Shown here piece after piece: positions 59,935-64,000 of a DNA stretch of 64,000 bases. The notes under the pieces were generated by a model, which did not search any database, was not told the DNA's origin, and saw nothing but the letters and a program-made list of their open reading frames with translations. Numbering within the stretch: the stretch's first letter is position 1; each line of letters starts with the position of its first letter. Both the position numbers and the translations under genes were made by a program. Source of the DNA: Candidatus Omnitrophota bacterium (lineage in GTDB: Bacteria > Omnitrophota > Gorgyraeia > Zapsychrales > Zapsychraceae); assembly GCA_015233495.1 (NCBI GenBank), contig JADFXQ010000003.1, forward strand, positions 5,860-69,859. Reading direction: 5' to 3'.

Positions 59935-61626
59935 TTACATTTTATCCGGCACTGTGACACCCATCAAGCGCAGACCATTGGCTAAAATAATTTTAACCGC
60001 ATTGACCAGCCCCAATCGTTCGGCGGATAGATCCGCGTCTTCGACCAGCACGCGGTGCATATCGTAAAATTTATGAAAACTGCCTGCCAGTTGGTGCAAA
60101 TATTCCGCTAAAGTATAGGGGTCATTTTGCTCCCGGCAGATCGTCAACGCCTCGGTAAAATCACTAATCTTTTTGATCAAGGCCAATTCTTCCGGCGCGG
60201 TTAGATGTTGAAACTTACCCGTCCGGGGCGTTATCCTGGTTTCCGCAGCCTTATTATTGATGCTATTGATCCGCGCGTGGGCATATTGGATATAAAAAAC
60301 CGGATTTTCCGCGGTTTCCTTTTTTGCCAAGTCCAGATCAAATTCCAAATGCATTTGAATATGCCGCATCAAAAAGAAAAACCGGGCCGCGTCGACCCCG
60401 ACTTCCTCCATGACTTCCCGCAGACTGATATACTCTCCACGCCGGGTGGACATGGAAACAATCTTCCCGGCACGGATCACGGTGGCTAATTGGACAATCA
60501 GCACCTGCACCGCGTCCGCGTTTTTTCCTAAGGCCTGCGCCGCAGCTTTGATCCGCGGAATATATCCATGATGGTCCGGCCCCCAAATATTGATCAATCG
60601 ATCAAAACCCCGCTCGAATTTATTTTTGTGATACACAATGTCGGGAGATAAATAAGTAAATTGGCCGTCGCTTTTACGCACCACCCGGTCTTTATCGTCG
60701 CCAAACAAGGTGGACTTGAACCATAACGCGCCCTCGTGTTCATACGCTAAACCCCGGTTTTGAAATTCCGCTAATACCACCTCAATCTTATCGCGCGTCG
60801 CGATTTGTGATTCATATGACCATACGTCAAAATAGGCGCGGAAGTCTTTGAGTTCCGTTTGGTTCACCTGGATCAAATAATCCGCGCTGAATTTCTTGAT
60901 CCGTTGCGGTCTGTCAGCTAAAGCCTGGAGGTCGGCCAATTTTTGAATTTGATTTTGATCCAAAAATATCTGGGCCATATCCTTGATATATTCGCCCTGA
61001 TAACAATCTTCGGGAAAATCAACCGACTCTCCCAAAATTTTCCGGGCCCGCAGCTCAACTGACCGGCCCAAAGTCGTAATCTGGTTGCCTCCGTCATTCA
61101 TGTAATATTCTTTGGTCAAATCATATCCCAAAAACCGCAAAATATTGCCTAAAACGTCGCCGACCACTGCCTGGCGGGCGTGTGCCACGCTTAACGGTCC
61201 GGTCGGGTTAGCGCTGACAAATTCCATCATCACTTTTATCCCTTTTCCCGCTTGGGACCTGCCGAAATCACTCCCTTGAGCAAAAACCTCATCCAAAACC
61301 GAACCTACCGCATACGGCGTCAGAAAAAAATTGATAAATCCCGGACCTTTTACTTCCAGCCGAACGACGCGGCAGTTTAACCGCGAGACGGCTAATCCCT
61401 TTTGAATTAAAGCCAAAAACTCTGCCGCAATTACCAGCGGGGGTTTGCGCAAAACTTTAGCCGAACGCAGAGCGATATTACAGGCAATATCACCGTTGGC
61501 TTTCTCCGCGGGTTCTTCCAGCTCAATAGCCGGCAGAGGAATATCCTGAAAAAGCGGCGCAATCGCGCCGCGGATCAATTCAACAAGCTCATCGTGAAAT
61601 AAAACCGCCATAAAATTTTGTCTCAT
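59935..61626 (-). CDS. argS: Arginine--tRNA ligase
   Basis: GPGFINF, EFVSANPTGP, D..YH..K, YIQYAHAR. Confidence 0.96.
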   Translation of the reverse strand: MRQNFMAVLFHDELVELIRGAIAPLFQDIPLPAIELEEPAEKANGDIACNIALRSAKVLRKPPLVIAAEFLALIQKGLAVSRLNCRVVRLEVKGPGFINFFLTPYAVGSVLDEVFAQGSDFGRSQAGKGIKVMMEFVSANPTGPLSVAHARQAVVGDVLGNILRFLGYDLTKEYYMNDGGNQITTLGRSVELRARKILGESVDFPEDCYQGEYIKDMAQIFLDQNQIQKLADLQALADRPQRIKKFSADYLIQVNQTELKDFRAYFDVWSYESQIATRDKIEVVLAEFQNRGLAYEHEGALWFKSTLFGDDKDRVVRKSDGQFTYLSPDIVYHKNKFERGFDRLINIWGPDHHGYIPRIKAAAQALGKNADAVQVLIVQLATVIRAGKIVSMSTRRGEYISLREVMEEVGVDAARFFFLMRHIQMHLEFDLDLAKKETAENPVFYIQYAHARINSINNKAAETRITPRTGKFQHLTAPEELALIKKISDFTEALTICREQNDPYTLAEYLHQLAGSFHKFYDMHRVLVEDADLSAERLGLVNAVKIILANGLRLMGVTVPDKM

Positions 61627-61713
61627 TTAAAAAGGCAAGCAAGAAATCCGCCGGTCTTATAGATATATCCCCTAAAACCGTTAGATTTTTGCTTGCCTTA
61701 ATTATCTCTGATC

Positions 61714-62073
61714 TTATTGCACCCAATCAACGCGAGGCGCGTCCTGCCATAGATATTCCAACGCATAAAAATCCCGAATATCTTTGCGAAAAATATGCGT
61801 CACAACGTCGCCGGCGTCATAGACAATCCAATCGGATTTTTTCAATCCTTGCTTTGCGGCAATACCGACGCCCAATTCCCGCAAACCTTCGTCGATATTC
61901 TCCGCGATAGCCCGGACATGCCGATCCGACGTCCCGGAGCAAATGACGAAATAATCACAAAAATTTGTAATACTTCGCATATCGAGAACCACAATGTCCT
62001 CGGCTTTGATGTCATCGGATAAACGCGCGATCAGCTGATAAAGTTTGGGCGATTTTTCGGCCTCTTTAGCCAT
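61714..62073 (-). CDS. rsfS: Ribosome silencing factor
   Basis: KAEDI..LD, DYFVICSG, W...D.GDV..HIF, R.FY.LE.LW. Confidence 0.95.
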   Translation of the reverse strand: MAKEAEKSPKLYQLIARLSDDIKAEDIVVLDMRSITNFCDYFVICSGTSDRHVRAIAENIDEGLRELGVGIAAKQGLKKSDWIVYDAGDVVTHIFRKDIRDFYALEYLWQDAPRVDWVQ

Positions 62074-62136
62074 TCACAACTTTACTTTAAATTGATTGTC
62101 CTGATTAAAAAAAATGACTGGTTCAATTCTTCAATC

Positions 62137-62307
62137 TTACTTCTTCAATTTCGCGGCCTGATCTTTGCTCAACACGCGCCAGCATTCATGGTTGCCCGCC
62201 GGCGACTTGACCACTGCGAAGAAACGGCCGTTTTTTTCCCGAACCGAAAAATCCTTCGAGGTGAACTTTGTTTTGGTCTTGACATCGTAAAATGACAATT
62301 CTTCCAT
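62137..62307 (-). CDS. 56-aa basic protein resembling archaeal chromatin protein CC1
   Basis: MEELSFYDVKTKTKFTSKDFSVREKNGRFFAVVKSPAGNHECWRVLSKDQAAKLKK. AAGGAGG RBS at 62312-62318. Confidence 0.75.
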   Translation of the reverse strand: MEELSFYDVKTKTKFTSKDFSVREKNGRFFAVVKSPAGNHECWRVLSKDQAAKLKK

Positions 62308-62394
62308 AAACCCTCCTTCGCAGTTAGCGAACACCCGCGCCATTCCAATAAGCGCGGGGTGTTGTTGTGACAAACAACTGTCAGTTGTTGTTCA

Positions 62395-62423
62395 AGTTTA
62401 GCCAATCACCCTGGGGTTGTCAA
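62395..62423 (-). promoter_or_regulatory. Near-consensus sigma70 promoter for the CC1-like gene and rsfS
   Basis: TTGACA-17bp-TAAACT. Confidence 0.7.
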
Positions 62424-62477
62424 TCGAAAAAACAGAACAGTCTTCCGAAGAAGCTGCCTCCGCGGATTCCCGCGCGG

Positions 62478-63746
62478 TTAGGCCGTGATCAGCTCTTTTA
62501 AAGCCTTATCTACCGCGGCATCCACTGGGCCGACTACGGCTAAATGATTCCGGGATGGATGCAAGATCTCCCGGGCAATGCGTTGGGTATCCGCGAGCGT
62601 GACTTTTTCAAAATCCCGCACGACCTGTTTAAGAGTTTTCAATTGGTTTTTGGAAACAATTGATTCCCCCAACCAAAGCATATGCTCCATAGTGTCTTCC
62701 AAAGTGATCCGCGATTGGCCGATCACATAATCTTTCGCCCGGCGCAATTCATTGGCGGAAACACCGGACTTCCGGATGTTGGCGATTTCCTTGAGGATCA
62801 GGGTGACTGCGGGCACGACTTTTTGATGGTCAACGCCGGCGCGAATAATGAACGCGCCGGTATCCAACAGGCATTTAGCGGACGCGCCGATGGAATAGGC
62901 CAGGCCGCGTTTTTCTCTTAATTCCGAGAACAGCCGGCTGGACATATTCCCGCCTAATATAATGCCTAACAAAATCAGGCCATAGCGGTCCGGATGCCAA
63001 TCATCATAACCGAGCATCCCTAAAGCCAAATGAGTTTGTTCCGTAGTTTTACGGCGAATCTGGCAAACGGGTCGCGCTTCCGGCCGGGAAAACTTAATAT
63101 ACTCGGCCAACACTCCGGCCGGGACATGGCCCAATTTCTTGCTGGCAATGCGTTCCACCAATGCCGGATCGATTTGACCGCATACCGAGATCACCGCGTT
63201 GCGGCCAGAATAATGCTCGCGATGAAAATTTTTTAATACTGCCGGTTGCAGCCCGGCAACACTCTTAAGAGTGCCAGCGATATTCTTTCCTAAAGGATGG
63301 TTGGGCCAAAGCATTTCATCCAAAGTATCCATAACCAAATGCTGGGGCAAATCCTTATACATCTTTATTTCTTCTAAAATGACCGCTTTTTCATTGCTAA
63401 AATCTTTAGTTTTTAACGTTGGGAAAAATGCCATATCCGCGAGCACATCAAACGTTTCGGCGAAAAACTGCGAAGGAATTTTCGCGTAAAAACAGGTGTG
63501 CTCCTCGCTGGTAAAGGCGTTGAGCGCGCCGCCGATCCCTTCGATGCGTTCTTTGATTTCCGTGCCGGAATACGTGCAACTCCCTTTAAACGCCGCGTGT
63601 TCCAAGAAATGCGCGGCGCCTTTGATCGCGTCGCTTTCATAACGGCCGCCCACCCCGAACCAGAATCCCAGCGCCACGCTCGAACGGCTTTGCATGGGAT
63701 GCGTGACTAAACGCAGTCCATTATCGAAAACAACGCGTTTAATCAT
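62478..63746 (-). CDS. M16 family zinc peptidase (pitrilysin-like)
   Basis: AHFLEH, NAFTS, SSRLF.ELREKRGLAY. Confidence 0.93.
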   Translation of the reverse strand: MIKRVVFDNGLRLVTHPMQSRSSVALGFWFGVGGRYESDAIKGAAHFLEHAAFKGSCTYSGTEIKERIEGIGGALNAFTSEEHTCFYAKIPSQFFAETFDVLADMAFFPTLKTKDFSNEKAVILEEIKMYKDLPQHLVMDTLDEMLWPNHPLGKNIAGTLKSVAGLQPAVLKNFHREHYSGRNAVISVCGQIDPALVERIASKKLGHVPAGVLAEYIKFSRPEARPVCQIRRKTTEQTHLALGMLGYDDWHPDRYGLILLGIILGGNMSSRLFSELREKRGLAYSIGASAKCLLDTGAFIIRAGVDHQKVVPAVTLILKEIANIRKSGVSANELRRAKDYVIGQSRITLEDTMEHMLWLGESIVSKNQLKTLKQVVRDFEKVTLADTQRIAREILHPSRNHLAVVGPVDAAVDKALKELITA

Positions 63747-64000
63747 GAGTGGGACTCCTTAACGGCTTAAGCAAAGTCGCGACAAAATCGCGGACCGATT
63801 GAATTTGATTGTTTTGTCCCGTAGTCTGGGCCACCCGGTTGACAATCGCGCTGCCGACAATCACCCCGTCGGCAATGGTAGCGATCCGGCGAACTTGATC
63901 CGGTTGAGAAATGCCAAAACCGACGCAAATCGGTTTTGCGGTAAGCCTTTTCGCCTGCCTGACTTTGGCGAGAAGATCCGCGGGAATGCCCGCCCGGGCC
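63739..64000 (-). CDS. trpA: Tryptophan synthase alpha chain, C-terminal part
   Basis: Manual translation ...PICVGFGISQPDQV...ADGVIVGSAIV...*. Truncated by the window edge. Confidence 0.92.
   Translation of the reverse strand, partial: ARAGIPADLLAKVRQAKRLTAKPICVGFGISQPDQVRRIATIADGVIVGSAIVNRVAQTTGQNNQIQSVRDFVATLLKPLRSPTHD

Overview
Bacterial chromosomal window, mostly minus-strand housekeeping genes. Gene content and order resemble Candidatus Omnitrophota or another PVC-group lineage; this is an inference, not a search result. Contents in order: thrC (partial), hom, PilZ protein, tRNA-Pro, gpsA; a tRNA-Thr/Tyr/Gly cluster with a 100-bp duplication; recN; PPi-type pfk and a ROK kinase facing a polyphosphate operon (ppk2-ppx-ppk1-CHAD-HD); a large surface-glycan locus (rmlACDB split by a chemoreceptor, GT2/GT4, wzm/wzt, UbiA, three GT-C-type proteins); tilS-ftsH-folP-cdaA-pdxJ-acpS-nnrD-queH; lipoproteins; tRNA-Met; a bactofilin-HTH plus membrane-HTH pair; tsaD, ctpA, gatCAB, pepF-like peptidase, rpmB, recJ; a two-lipoprotein insert; argS, rsfS, an M16 peptidase and trpA (partial). 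No CRISPR array, rRNA, integrase or transposase was seen. Best leads: (1) a 56-aa basic protein with strong expression signals that resembles the archaeal chromatin protein CC1; (2) a bactofilin fused to an excisionase/BldC-type HTH, next to a tail-anchored HTH protein; (3) a 32-aa TM-only CdaR; (4) a tRNA-derived repeat with a tRNA-like second copy; (5) a 210-bp palindrome; (6) several apparent pseudo-enzymes.
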